Virus record (IMG/VR): IMGVR_UViG_3300028809_000011
Span: 2,038 to 66,037 of that record
DNA from: a virus
Strand: one strand, 5' to 3'
Length of the DNA: 64,000 nt
Shown in pieces: positions 55,681 through 64,000 of this stretch. Positions within the stretch are counted from its first letter, which is position 1. Each line of letters opens with the position of its first letter. Below the pieces are notes generated by a model, which made no database searches, was not told the origin of the DNA, and saw only the letters and a list, made by a program, of their open reading frames with translations. A program made the position numbers and the translations under genes.

Positions 55681-56110
55681 ACCGCCCATCCTAGGACGGA
55701 CGTGATCTTTTGTCTCTAGAGTGATCCCACATAGCACGCGGCCTTCGGCCCGAGCATCACCAGGAACGCCAGGGACATCAGGGCGATCATGGAGGCCGCG
55801 CCGCCCATGGCAACCTCAAATCCATCACGCCCACGGATGCCACGCCAGACCATGCGAGCCCCGACAGCCAGGCCACCCACACCGATGATCGCCATGACCA
55901 CCGACATGACACCGCTGAATGCTGCCAGGCCCACCAGTTCACTGTGCTCCCAGAACCTGGTCTTGCACACTACGAATGATTCACCCATGTCCACCTACCA
56001 GTTGATGAGGACGAGCCCGAACACGCACGCCAGGACCACGATCGCCGCGCCCACCCACAGGAACAGGATGCTGGCCCACCACAGGGCCTTGAGCCAGCCC
56101 GGCTCGTCGT

Positions 56111-56380
56111 CTACCGGACCCACTCGGGGCACTCCTCCAGTGGGATCATCACCAGGGCATACCGGTGCGCCCCGAGGATCTGGAGCAGCTTCCACGTCGT
56201 GGGGACGGTGTGGTTGCGCTCGTAGGAGCCCATGTGTGTCGAGTCCATGCGCGCCGCCGAAGCCACGTCGAGCTGGGTCAGGTCCTGGCTGGTGCGGATC
56301 TGGCGCAGGCCCGGCCCGATGTCGGCCTTCTTCGTCAGGTAGATCGTGGGCCTGCTCGTCGCGGCCTTGGCCTTGGTCAT
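56111..56380 (-). CDS. HTH transcriptional regulator (XRE/Cro-like)
   Basis: LRQIRTSQDLTQLDVASAARMDSTHMGSYER. Confidence 0.45.
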   Translation of the reverse strand: MTKAKAATSRPTIYLTKKADIGPGLRQIRTSQDLTQLDVASAARMDSTHMGSYERNHTVPTTWKLLQILGAHRYALVMIPLEECPEWVR

Positions 56381-56626
56381 CTAGTTCTCCTCGGGCAGCT
56401 TGTAGATCCCAGCCGGGACGGGGATGACGACCTCGTACCTGATTAGCACACCCACCTTGTCGGGCCAGTAGTTCGTGTCGCTCGGCAGCCCGGCCGGGTC
56501 TGCGAAGTTGACCACGCCCCAGTTGGCGGGGTTGTCCAGCAGGTCAGCCAGATTCGCTTCGTTCAGCCAGGAGATGGGCTCGCCATCTTCACTGCCGTGG
56601 ATGAGCATCCATCTCTTGTCGGCCAT
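56381..56626 (-). CDS. hypothetical protein
   Basis: frame of 56381..56773 from MADKRWML. Confidence 0.35.
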   Translation of the reverse strand: MADKRWMLIHGSEDGEPISWLNEANLADLLDNPANWGVVNFADPAGLPSDTNYWPDKVGVLIRYEVVIPVPAGIYKLPEEN

Positions 56627-56979
56627 CACTTCACCAGGAACTGGCGGGTCTGGAACGCGGCCAGCAGCCCACCGTGGTCGCGCAGGAGGGCTTCCTTGTC
56701 CAGGACCTCCACCTCCTGCTTGATCTTGTACTGGTCCGCGATGGCGCTGTTCTCCGTCGCGAACTCGGCCCACCGGTACGAGCCGGTCTTGGCGTAGGTG
56801 AACACCTCCACCCCGTCGATCTCGGCCGACTCCGCCTCCCCCACGGCCTTCTTCAGCCGCTTCTCCAGGGAGGCGATGTACGCCTCGATCTGCCTCTTAT
56901 CCGCACGCGCCTGTCGCAGGTTATTCATGTCCTCGGCGTACCGGGACAGGTTCGCGACCTTGCGCTTAGGAGTGCCCAT
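56626..56979 (-). CDS. hypothetical protein (Ala/Glu/Lys-rich N-terminus)
   Basis: 117 aa. Confidence 0.4.
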   Translation of the reverse strand: MGTPKRKVANLSRYAEDMNNLRQARADKRQIEAYIASLEKRLKKAVGEAESAEIDGVEVFTYAKTGSYRWAEFATENSAIADQYKIKQEVEVLDKEALLRDHGGLLAAFQTRQFLVK

Positions 56980-56989
56980 TGTTAGCTCC

Positions 56990-57193
56990 TTAGAAGAGTG
57001 TCTGTTCGCCTTCGATTACTACAGGCCCGGTCTGACGCTTCTCATTGCCCGCGTGCCGGGGGCACAGTGCCGTGCCCTGCCAGATGTGCCAGCCTTTGGC
57101 CCTGGCGTAGTCGTCTGACTCACGCCTCGGGGTGGTCTCGGGGCACCCGCCGACGGAGCACCTGATGTCCGTTGGCTCCGGTGTGCGCATCAA
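56990..57193 (-). CDS. small zinc-ribbon-like protein
   Basis: CSVGGCPE...CPRH. Confidence 0.4.
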   Translation of the reverse strand: MMRTPEPTDIRCSVGGCPETTPRRESDDYARAKGWHIWQGTALCPRHAGNEKRQTGPVVIEGEQTLF

Positions 57194-57503
57194 CGGCCTC
57201 CGTGTACCGGTAGAGCTGCGACAGGCTGTACTGCAACCGTCCCAACTCTCCCGTGACGTGGTCGTTGAGCTTGTTCAGGTCGCTACGCATAGCGTAGTCG
57301 TGCTTCTCGCGGTACAGAAGGGTCAACATCAACCCGAATGTCGCAAGGCTGAGGACAAGGCTAAGGATCGCCAAGGCCAGCTCAGTGCGCACGGGACACC
57401 CGAAGCATCTCCACCCAGTCGGATGTGGACATGCCCAGGCTGCGGTGCCTGCCCCTGATCCCGAAGTAGTGCCGGATCTCGTTAATCATCCTCGCCAGCT
57501 TGA

Positions 57504-58049
57504 TCACAGCTCGATGTCCCTAGGTCCGATGAACGAGTTCGGCAGCAGGCCCTCGAACTGGTACTCGTGCCTCATCGTCGGCGTGGGGCGCTCTGGCTTC
57601 GCGCGCAGCTCCAAGGCCAGGGTCTCCTCGGTCACCGGGGCCACGTTGTCCTTGGCCACGACCATGACCACGTCGTCGGTGCGGATCGAGAACACGGACC
57701 TGACCTTGTCGTGCTTGACCCACTGCCACCGGTGGACCTCGGTTGCCCTGAACGGGTCACGTGAGCCATCGGTGTACTTGGTCTCGACATGCCTGCGGAC
57801 GTCAGTCCAGATCTCGCTGTCCTTGACATAGAAGTGCGTCCACTTGCCCGACCGGGGCTTGTCGCAGTTGGCCTCGGTGCCGAAGTCGTGGAAGTGGGCC
57901 TGCACCATGATCGACGGGAGGCTGTGGCGCAGCAGGATCTGAAACGTGATCAGCGGCGCGTCGTTGGGCAGGTCGCAGGGCTTCGGCCCCAGCTCCTCCT
58001 CCTTCGACAGCGTCACGATCTTCGGTAGTTCGATCTTCTTCCTAAACAT
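57504..58049 (-). CDS. hypothetical protein
   Basis: 181 aa. Confidence 0.4.
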   Translation of the reverse strand: MFRKKIELPKIVTLSKEEELGPKPCDLPNDAPLITFQILLRHSLPSIMVQAHFHDFGTEANCDKPRSGKWTHFYVKDSEIWTDVRRHVETKYTDGSRDPFRATEVHRWQWVKHDKVRSVFSIRTDDVVMVVAKDNVAPVTEETLALELRAKPERPTPTMRHEYQFEGLLPNSFIGPRDIEL

Positions 58050-58734
58050 TTTCCTCTTCCTTCCCCTGGATCTTGCCCAGCAGCACCGCCAGGGCCTCGT
58101 CAGCCCTGACAGCAGGAACCTTGGCCTGCTCCGGGGCGGCGGGGATGAAGTGGTTCACGCCCCTGCTCCGAACGGCCCGCATCGCTTCCGACCTGGCCCG
58201 CCCCGTCTTGCGGTCATACTCCGACTCCCAGATGATCATGTCACCGAGCCGGTACAGGGTTGCTGATCCGGACATCTTCGGCTTCGGCGTGATCTCCGGG
58301 TAGACCTGCCGTGACCTGGCCAGCTTCATCCGGTAGGCCCCGGCCGAACTCGACCGGGTTACACCCGAACGCCACACCTCGATCACAGACATCATCTTGT
58401 CCAGGTCCCTGCCGTCGACCACCTTCACCGGCACCGACGGGACAACGGCGACCGTGGCCCCGTCGAACCCCGGCTCAGGCAGCTCGTACTGGTCAGGCAG
58501 CCCGTACCTGTCGGCCAGGTGCGGATACATAGCCCGCAGCCTGTTGTTCTCGACGGCGTAGGCCAGCCTGTCGACGCCACGGAACAGCAGCACCTCGTGT
58601 TCCACCGTGCCGGGAAACTTGGTGGGCTGGTAGTGCCCGGTGGCAGGGTCGATCCGAGCCAGCACGTAGCCCCGGCGTACCAAGTACTCGAAGAACTCGT
58701 AGATGGCCATGTTGCCGTCCGAGTTGTCGACCAT
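58042..58734 (-). CDS. hypothetical protein
   Basis: frame of 58042..59229 from internal Met MVDNSDG; the upstream 165 codons are out-of-frame shadow of the lipoprotein gene. Confidence 0.4.
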   Translation of the reverse strand: MVDNSDGNMAIYEFFEYLVRRGYVLARIDPATGHYQPTKFPGTVEHEVLLFRGVDRLAYAVENNRLRAMYPHLADRYGLPDQYELPEPGFDGATVAVVPSVPVKVVDGRDLDKMMSVIEVWRSGVTRSSSAGAYRMKLARSRQVYPEITPKPKMSGSATLYRLGDMIIWESEYDRKTGRARSEAMRAVRSRGVNHFIPAAPEQAKVPAVRADEALAVLLGKIQGKEEENV

Positions 58735-58796
58735 CTTCTTCGATTCGGGGAACTCGGACTGTGCCGGAAACAGGGCGCTCGGCTTGACCCGGTTGC

Positions 58797-59177
58797 TCAC
58801 CCGCCCACGCTCACCTTCGTCGACCCGAACCCGCCGGTGGCCGGAGGCCTGGCGATGGTGCCGGAACTGGGCCGCACGAACGAGCCGCCGATCGGCACCT
58901 GCTGCCCCACGGCCGGTGGGGTGCCGTACACCCGACCCAGGTAGTACCAGTACCAGAAGCCCGTATCGAAGTGGGCGTGGTGCTCGTCCTCGTCGGGACA
59001 CTTGGCGTCGTGGTCGCGGATCAGGTCCCCGTTGTCCTGAACCTGCACGCACATCTGCTGGTGGTCGGCCTCGGTGTCCATGAACTCCTGATCGGGTTCG
59101 GATGCGCAGGCCGTGCCGGTGAACGCGATGCCCGCCAGCAGGACGGTGCCGACGAGCACGTTCTTGGATATCTTCAT
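58797..59177 (-). CDS. putative lipoprotein
   Basis: signal peptide ending FTGTAC; starts directly downstream of tRNA-Cys. Confidence 0.5.
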   Translation of the reverse strand: MKISKNVLVGTVLLAGIAFTGTACASEPDQEFMDTEADHQQMCVQVQDNGDLIRDHDAKCPDEDEHHAHFDTGFWYWYYLGRVYGTPPAVGQQVPIGGSFVRPSSGTIARPPATGGFGSTKVSVGG

Positions 59178-59198
59178 GATCTTCCCTCTCCCAGGTTG

Positions 59199-59269
59199 AG
59201 CCCCCGGCCGGATTCGAACCGGCGTGCACGGCTTTGCAGGCCGCTGCCTATCCTCTCGGCCACGGGGGC
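59199..59269 (-). tRNA. tRNA-Cys(GCA)
   Basis: acceptor GCCCCCG/CGGGGGC perfect; loop CTGCAAA; T-arm GCCGG-TTCGAAT-CCGGC. Confidence 0.7.
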
Positions 59270-59485
59270 TGGCCTTACTCCAGCGTGGGCATCATCTGTG
59301 TCGGGGTCTTCAGGGCCACCTGGCGCTTCAGCTCCTGCACCTGGACACCGATGGACGGCTCAGGCAGGTGCACGTCAGGGACCTTCATGTCCAGGCCCTG
59401 CCGGGAAGCCCAGCCCATCGTCTCCCAGAACAGGGGCGTGTGCGGGTCGTCCTGGTCTTCGAAGAGCTGGAAGAACCAGTTGAAC

Positions 59486-59818
59486 TCAGGCACGGCGCGG
59501 GTCCTCCTGTACGGCGGCGGCCACGGTCTGCATGGCGCGGATCATCTGTTCCTTGGTGCGGCCGTCGGTGTCGTTGTACGCGGTGATGTCCTCACCGAAG
59601 AACCGGTAGAAGGCTCGGGCCGCATTCGAGACCCGGTCACGGGTCTGCGTGGAGCAGATGATCAGGTCGTCCCCTACGGCCTTGCGGATGGCACCGAAGG
59701 CGCACATGCCGCCTTTGCCGTCGAAGTCGTAGCCCTGAATCCAGGTGCCCATGGCGAGGATGTCAGCAGCTTTGCGCAGGTCAGCGATGGTCTGCGCAGG
59801 GTTCAGGAACGGTTCCAT
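59486..59818 (-). CDS. hypothetical protein
   Basis: 110 aa. Confidence 0.4.
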   Translation of the reverse strand: MEPFLNPAQTIADLRKAADILAMGTWIQGYDFDGKGGMCAFGAIRKAVGDDLIICSTQTRDRVSNAARAFYRFFGEDITAYNDTDGRTKEQMIRAMQTVAAAVQEDPRRA

Positions 59819-59933
59819 CTTGTGCTCCCCAGGTAGGTGTTACCCCCAAGAGCTGAGGGAATCGGTTTCTCCGCAGCTCCCAGGGGGTTACGTTTAACTT
59901 TAGCCACACAAGGACGCTGTGTCAATGTCCAGT

Positions 59934-60185
59934 TCAGCGACGCCGTGTCCTGTTGCGCTCACGCTCACTCAAGCCGCCCCACACACCAAACCGTTCATCG
60001 TTTCGCAGGGCATAAGCCAGGCACTCATCCCTGACCGGGCACGGCGGGCTGCCCTTGAAGCCGTTACAGATCCTCTTGGCCGGTGCGGACGAGCCCGACT
60101 TCGGCGGGAACCAAAGCTCAGGATCGATGGAGGCACAGACCGCCGAGATCATCCAGTCTTCCAAGATCTGCGGCCTCAAGAGCAT
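59934..60185 (-). CDS. whiB: WhiB-family transcriptional regulator
   Basis: 4 Cys in WhiB spacing (C...CNGF...C...C) and an Arg-rich C-terminal tail. Confidence 0.75.
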   Translation of the reverse strand: MLLRPQILEDWMISAVCASIDPELWFPPKSGSSAPAKRICNGFKGSPPCPVRDECLAYALRNDERFGVWGGLSERERNRTRRR

Positions 60186-60385
60186 CCCCGACTACCCCTC
60201 CGAAAGATCGTTTGCGCCAGCCTGCACCGAAGCGTGCTGTTTCGTCAACTCCCGCTCCAGCCGCACCAGCCTGCGGGCAGCGTCGTTCAACTTGGCCTCC
60301 ATCGACCGAAGCTGCTCGCCCAGACTCATCAGCTCACTTCGCTGGTAGTCCCGGCGACGCTGCTCCTCGCGCTCCTGACCATGGA

Positions 60386-60559
60386 TCACTTCGTCCTCGC
60401 CTCCCTCAGATACCTGTCGAACTCGGACCTGCTCACGCGGTAGGAGCGACCGACCTTCACCGCCTCCAACTTGCCCGCACTGATCAGGCGGTACACGGTC
60501 ATCGCGTGCAGCTTCAGCTCTTGACTGATCTCGGCGACGGTCAACCACTCCTGCCCCAT
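60386..60559 (-). CDS. HTH DNA-binding protein (excisionase-like)
   Basis: internal Met MGQEWLTVAEISQELKLHAMTVYRLI; the N-terminal extension of the track ORF is low-complexity shadow. Confidence 0.45.
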   Translation of the reverse strand: MGQEWLTVAEISQELKLHAMTVYRLISAGKLEAVKVGRSYRVSRSEFDRYLREARTK

Positions 60560-60561
60560 GA

Positions 60562-60870
60562 CTACCGGCGCTTCGTGGGCTTCGGCGCGGGCTGCTTGGC
60601 CGTCTGCATCGGCCGGGGTGTCTTGACCGCCCCCGGCGACGGCAGCAGGTGCGGGTACTTGGCCATGTCGTCCAGGTCGAACGGGTCGTCGTCGCACACC
60701 TCCCCGTCGAACTCGATGCACAGGCCGTCGTCACCGGGGTACGTGGGGTGCGCGTCGATCCACACCTGCTGCGGGCTCCGGTTCGGCGTGACCGACTCCG
60801 CGCACGCGGCCAAGCCCAGGATCAGGCCGAAGGCCAGGGCACCGGACATCAGGTTCTTGTTCAGCTTCAC
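60562..60870 (-). CDS. putative lipoprotein
   Basis: signal peptide with LAAC lipobox. Confidence 0.5.
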   Translation of the reverse strand: MKLNKNLMSGALAFGLILGLAACAESVTPNRSPQQVWIDAHPTYPGDDGLCIEFDGEVCDDDPFDLDDMAKYPHLLPSPGAVKTPRPMQTAKQPAPKPTKRR

Positions 60871-61578
60871 GATCTTCCCTTCCAGAAGTCGTCTGCGTAT
60901 TCGATCCCCACGAGGGTGAGGAACATGATGATGGACATGGCCCCAGGCACGCCAGGACCATGCCCCAGCGGTTCTCGCGCCCGAGGGCGATTGCCATTCC
61001 GACCAGCGAGGCCACCGAGCAGATGATGCCGATGACCCCGCTGAGGACGAACCATTTGCTCGCTAGGCGTGGACCTCCAGGTCCTCGATGTTCTCCTCGT
61101 CGGTGGTCTCCCACGTCAGCGGCTTCTCGTCGAGCCAGCGGGCGATGGCGTCGTAGTGCTCGACTTCCAGCTCTCCGTCCTCGACGAGGGTGACGAACTT
61201 CTTGTTGCGCAGCTCCAGCTCCTTGGCCAGGGCCTTGATGTCGTTGTCGTCGAGGCTGACCGAGTAGTGGACCGTGCGGCTGAACGTGATCTCCATGGGA
61301 ACCTCTCCTATTCCTTGGAATTGCTGATGATGTAACTCTAGACGATGGAGTTCTCGATCGTCAAGTCCTAGACGGACCCTCTTCGTAGGTCTCCGGCGCG
61401 AACCAGGCCAGCAGAGACAGGACCAGGAACAGCGCCGACAGAACCACGGCCAGCCAGAAGCTCCAGTCACCGTTGCCCCACTCGTCGATCACGTCGAACA
61501 CGTTGATCGCCAGGAAGCCCGTGTTGAACACCCGGTAGAACCACTTGCTGCTGCCCATGCGGCGGAAGAACCTGACGA

Positions 61579-62109
61579 TCATGCCGCCACCGGCTCACGC
61601 AGCTCGTTCAGCCTCACCATCAGCACCCGAACGTCGGGGTGCTCGGTCAGCCGACGCTCGATGATCACCCGAGTCCACTCGTCCAGCAGCTCCACATACT
61701 CGGCCTTGCCCTCGTCCTCCATGAGGCTGTCGATGGAGGCCACGAACCCGTGCCACTGGCCGTCCTCAGGCAGCTCGTGGAAGTCGGACAGGATGTGGTA
61801 GCCGCCCACGGTCCCCGACAGCACCTGCATCCGGTAGTCGTCGGCCCACTCGTCGGCGTTAGGCCAGCCCTGAGTCACCGACAGGATCGCCTGGGCCAGC
61901 ACCTGACCCTGCTCGGCCGCCGGGATGACCCCGGTGTACACCTGACCCAGGACGCACTGGGTGCAGTCACCCAGGTCCAGGATCGACAGGTCGATCTTGC
62001 CGAACCACTGCGGGTACTTCTCGTCCAGCCAGGCAGCCCCACGGGCCACACGGGCAGCGATGTCACTCACTGAACTTCTCCCTACTCTGACCCTGCTGGT
62101 GCAGGGCAT
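61579..62109 (-). CDS. hypothetical protein
   Basis: 176-aa ORF, start uncertain. Confidence 0.4.
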   Translation of the reverse strand: MPCTSRVRVGRSSVSDIAARVARGAAWLDEKYPQWFGKIDLSILDLGDCTQCVLGQVYTGVIPAAEQGQVLAQAILSVTQGWPNADEWADDYRMQVLSGTVGGYHILSDFHELPEDGQWHGFVASIDSLMEDEGKAEYVELLDEWTRVIIERRLTEHPDVRVLMVRLNELREPVAA

Positions 62110-62430
62110 CGTCGTGGTTGGGACACCACCCGAGCTTCATCCACTCCTCGATGACGTCCCAGTTGACAGCGCCGTTCTCAAGCTGCCAGTCGTAGCCGTG
62201 ACCCGGCCGGTGAGACTTCGGCAGCGCCATCGCATAGGCGTCAGCCTCAGCCCGACCCCGGCCCGTGTTGAAGTATTCGGCCAGCGCAGCACACGGACCA
62301 CAGCACCTGGGACAGTAGGCCGTGGCCTCATCCAGGCCATACTCCAGGACATATCCGGCATCCAGCCAGCCCAGCAGGTGATCGTTGATCAGCCCCGCGA
62401 TCAGGAACCCGTGCGCCTTCGCGCTGTTCA
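62063..62430 (-). CDS. hypothetical Cys-containing protein
   Basis: frame of 62063..62758 from MNSAKAHG. Confidence 0.35.
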
Positions 62431-62609
62431 TGATGACCTCCGCGAGGCAACCAGGGTCGTGATGCTCGCCGCGAGGATCAGGGACAACATCGCCATGATT
62501 GCGTCGTACTTGTAGTCGCCCTGGCCCGTGATGATCGACATCACCATCAGGACAAAGAACCCCAGCCCGACCACAACCACGGGTGCGGCCAGGAGCACAG
62601 GAAGCCACC

Positions 62610-63104
62610 TCATGTCTGCTTCGCCTCCGGGGTGTACCAGGACCGGGACTGGTCCCACTTCCACACGCCCCTGTCCAGAACCATTCGGCACTGGCACCAA
62701 AAGCACGGCAGCTTGTCCCCATCGACAGCGTCGGCCAGGTTGCCCGCCTTGGCCTCATTGGTGAGGGTCTGGATGCAGCAGCGCATCAGGCCGCCCGTGG
62801 AGTACCGGAACGTGTCCGCCGTCGGGTTGACCTGGGCCTTGGCCGGGTCGGTGCAGCAGCCGTCACAGCCGTGTCCGTACCCGCCGGACCTGGTCTCCTC
62901 CGGTGCCGGGTGGCCGATGCCGTGGGGACAGACGACCTCCATGAAGCCGCCCCAGTCGGAGCGCCAGTGGGTCGGCCAGTCCTTCATGTGGGTCTCAAGC
63001 CTGGCGTGGACGACACAGCCGTGCTGGTAGCCCCGGACTCCGGCGCAGTCGTCGATGCTGTGCACCCGCAGGTGCTGGCCCGTCCCGGTCGTGTAGTTCT
63101 CCAT
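62610..63104 (-). CDS. Cys-rich hypothetical protein
   Basis: 164 aa; multiple CxxC/CC motifs (GHGCDGCC, CFWCQC). Confidence 0.45.
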   Translation of the reverse strand: MENYTTGTGQHLRVHSIDDCAGVRGYQHGCVVHARLETHMKDWPTHWRSDWGGFMEVVCPHGIGHPAPEETRSGGYGHGCDGCCTDPAKAQVNPTADTFRYSTGGLMRCCIQTLTNEAKAGNLADAVDGDKLPCFWCQCRMVLDRGVWKWDQSRSWYTPEAKQT

Positions 63105-63116
63105 GATCTTGCCTCC

Positions 63117-63401
63117 CTACTTCTGGGTTGGGCCTACCCACGGCCCCCGGTCTACCTCGGCCCCGTGCCACAGGATGGCGTGGACCTCAGCGATGGCGTA
63201 CGCCTGCTCCGCCCGGCACCAGTCCCCACCCTTACGCGGGCAGGTGCATCTCCACCTGAACCAGGCACCACTGTGGGTCTTCGACTTCTCCACGGTGACG
63301 ACCCTGAAGTCAGCCCCCACCAGGGTCAGCATGATCTTGAACTGCTTGCCCTGGCCGCCGCCAAGCCTCACGGCCCCGTCGAAGGCATCAACTCGACGCA
63401 C
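63117..63401 (-). CDS. SWIM-type zinc-finger protein
   Basis: WFRWRCTCPRKGGDWCRAEQAYAIAEVH fits CxCx(n)CxH. Confidence 0.5.
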   Translation of the reverse strand: MRRVDAFDGAVRLGGGQGKQFKIMLTLVGADFRVVTVEKSKTHSGAWFRWRCTCPRKGGDWCRAEQAYAIAEVHAILWHGAEVDRGPWVGPTQK

Positions 63402-63536
63402 TCGACCAGGCCCTGAGTCTGGCGACCATTGGCCTCACAGCCATCCCGACCACCCTTGATCGTGAAGAGCACGAAGACCACCGCGATGATCCCGATGATC
63501 CACAAGATCACCGTGCCGCCCCGGCCCTTCTGCACA

Positions 63537-63881
63537 TCAGCCACGGGTCACCCTCGGCACCGGGTACGGACGCACCGAGATCAGCGCGTCGAAGTCGACC
63601 AGCCCGTCCCCGCCGTGGAAGTGCTTCTCGTGCAGGACCCCGGTCAGCCAGATCATGTCGTGCTCCTCCGGCGTGCTGCCGTCCGACCGGGCGAACTCAC
63701 CCGTGTTCGGACAGTCGGGGCTCCCGCAGATCACCAGCCACTGACCGGCCTTCTCGTCGAAGTCGATCAGCGTGATGATCTTGCCCAGTTCTGGCATCAG
63801 TCCCTCTCCCTTCCCTGAAGTTGAGCCTGTCGGACTCAAGGTTGGGCCCGGCACCAGTCTCATGGCTGCCGACTCCACCAA
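63537..63881 (-). CDS. hypothetical protein
   Basis: 114 aa; its start abuts the right inverted repeat. Confidence 0.4.
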   Translation of the reverse strand: MVESAAMRLVPGPTLSPTGSTSGKGEGLMPELGKIITLIDFDEKAGQWLVICGSPDCPNTGEFARSDGSTPEEHDMIWLTGVLHEKHFHGGDGLVDFDALISVRPYPVPRVTRG

Positions 63882-64000
63882 CTCTTAACTCCTCCCACAC
63901 ACTACCCCATCTATGCCACATGTGCAACAGGGGGTTCAAGATCAACCGGGAAGTACTTACCGGGTTTTCCCCACTTCCCGGCAACTTCCCGGCACACCCT
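63876..64000. repeat. right copy of 125-bp inverted repeat (truncated by window end)
   Basis: exact reverse complement of 8994-9118. Confidence 0.85.

Noticed and set aside
58735-59229. N-terminal 165 codons of the 395-aa ORF 58042..59229
   Set aside because: Arg/Gly/His-rich junk frame overlapping the lipoprotein gene and tRNA-Cys; only the C-terminal part from MVDNSDG is plausible.
1-64000. CRISPR array or integrase/attachment site
   Set aside because: No repeat-spacer periodicity and no recombinase-like ORF seen; the only long repeats are the inverted pair and the GUGCCCG/CGGGCAC unit boundaries.

Overview
High-GC (about 65-70%) actinobacteriophage or prophage-like DNA, probably from a Streptomyces/Mycobacterium/Gordonia-type siphovirus. 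About 54.8 kb (9119-63875) lies between a pair of 125-bp inverted repeats (8994-9118 and 63876-64000; the right copy is cut by the window edge).

Inside the repeats:
- A minus-strand replication block: dCTP deaminase, a P4/D5-type primase-helicase, a Cas4-like exonuclease and an HTH protein.
- A plus-strand virion block: large terminase, portal, MuF-like protein, protease/scaffold, delta-domain HK97-like capsid, tail genes, tape measure, tandem minor-tail paralogues and a lysis cassette.
- A minus-strand island between the head genes (23.4-27.8 kb): a Ro60/TROVE+vWA orthologue, two paralogous HTH genes, three canonical tRNAs and several tRNA-like RNAs.
- A large minus-strand tRNA array (50.5-54.3 kb) embedded among ParB-like, RNAP alpha-CTD-like, SPFH and vWA genes.
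- A block of small regulatory and membrane genes (WhiB, HTH, HNH, Hjc-like).

About 23 canonical tRNAs are present in total. The left 9 kb holds small early-type genes and AT-richer regulatory regions.

The most interesting candidate is the Ro60 orthologue lying next to tandem, circularly permuted tRNA-like RNAs. Each has a closed acceptor stem and shares the terminal stem motif GUGCCCG...CGGGCAC, which fits a Y-RNA (YrlA)-type tRNA mimic.

A recurrent AAACGGACAT motif sits upstream of the terminase, capsid and tape-measure operons. No integrase was recognised in the window.
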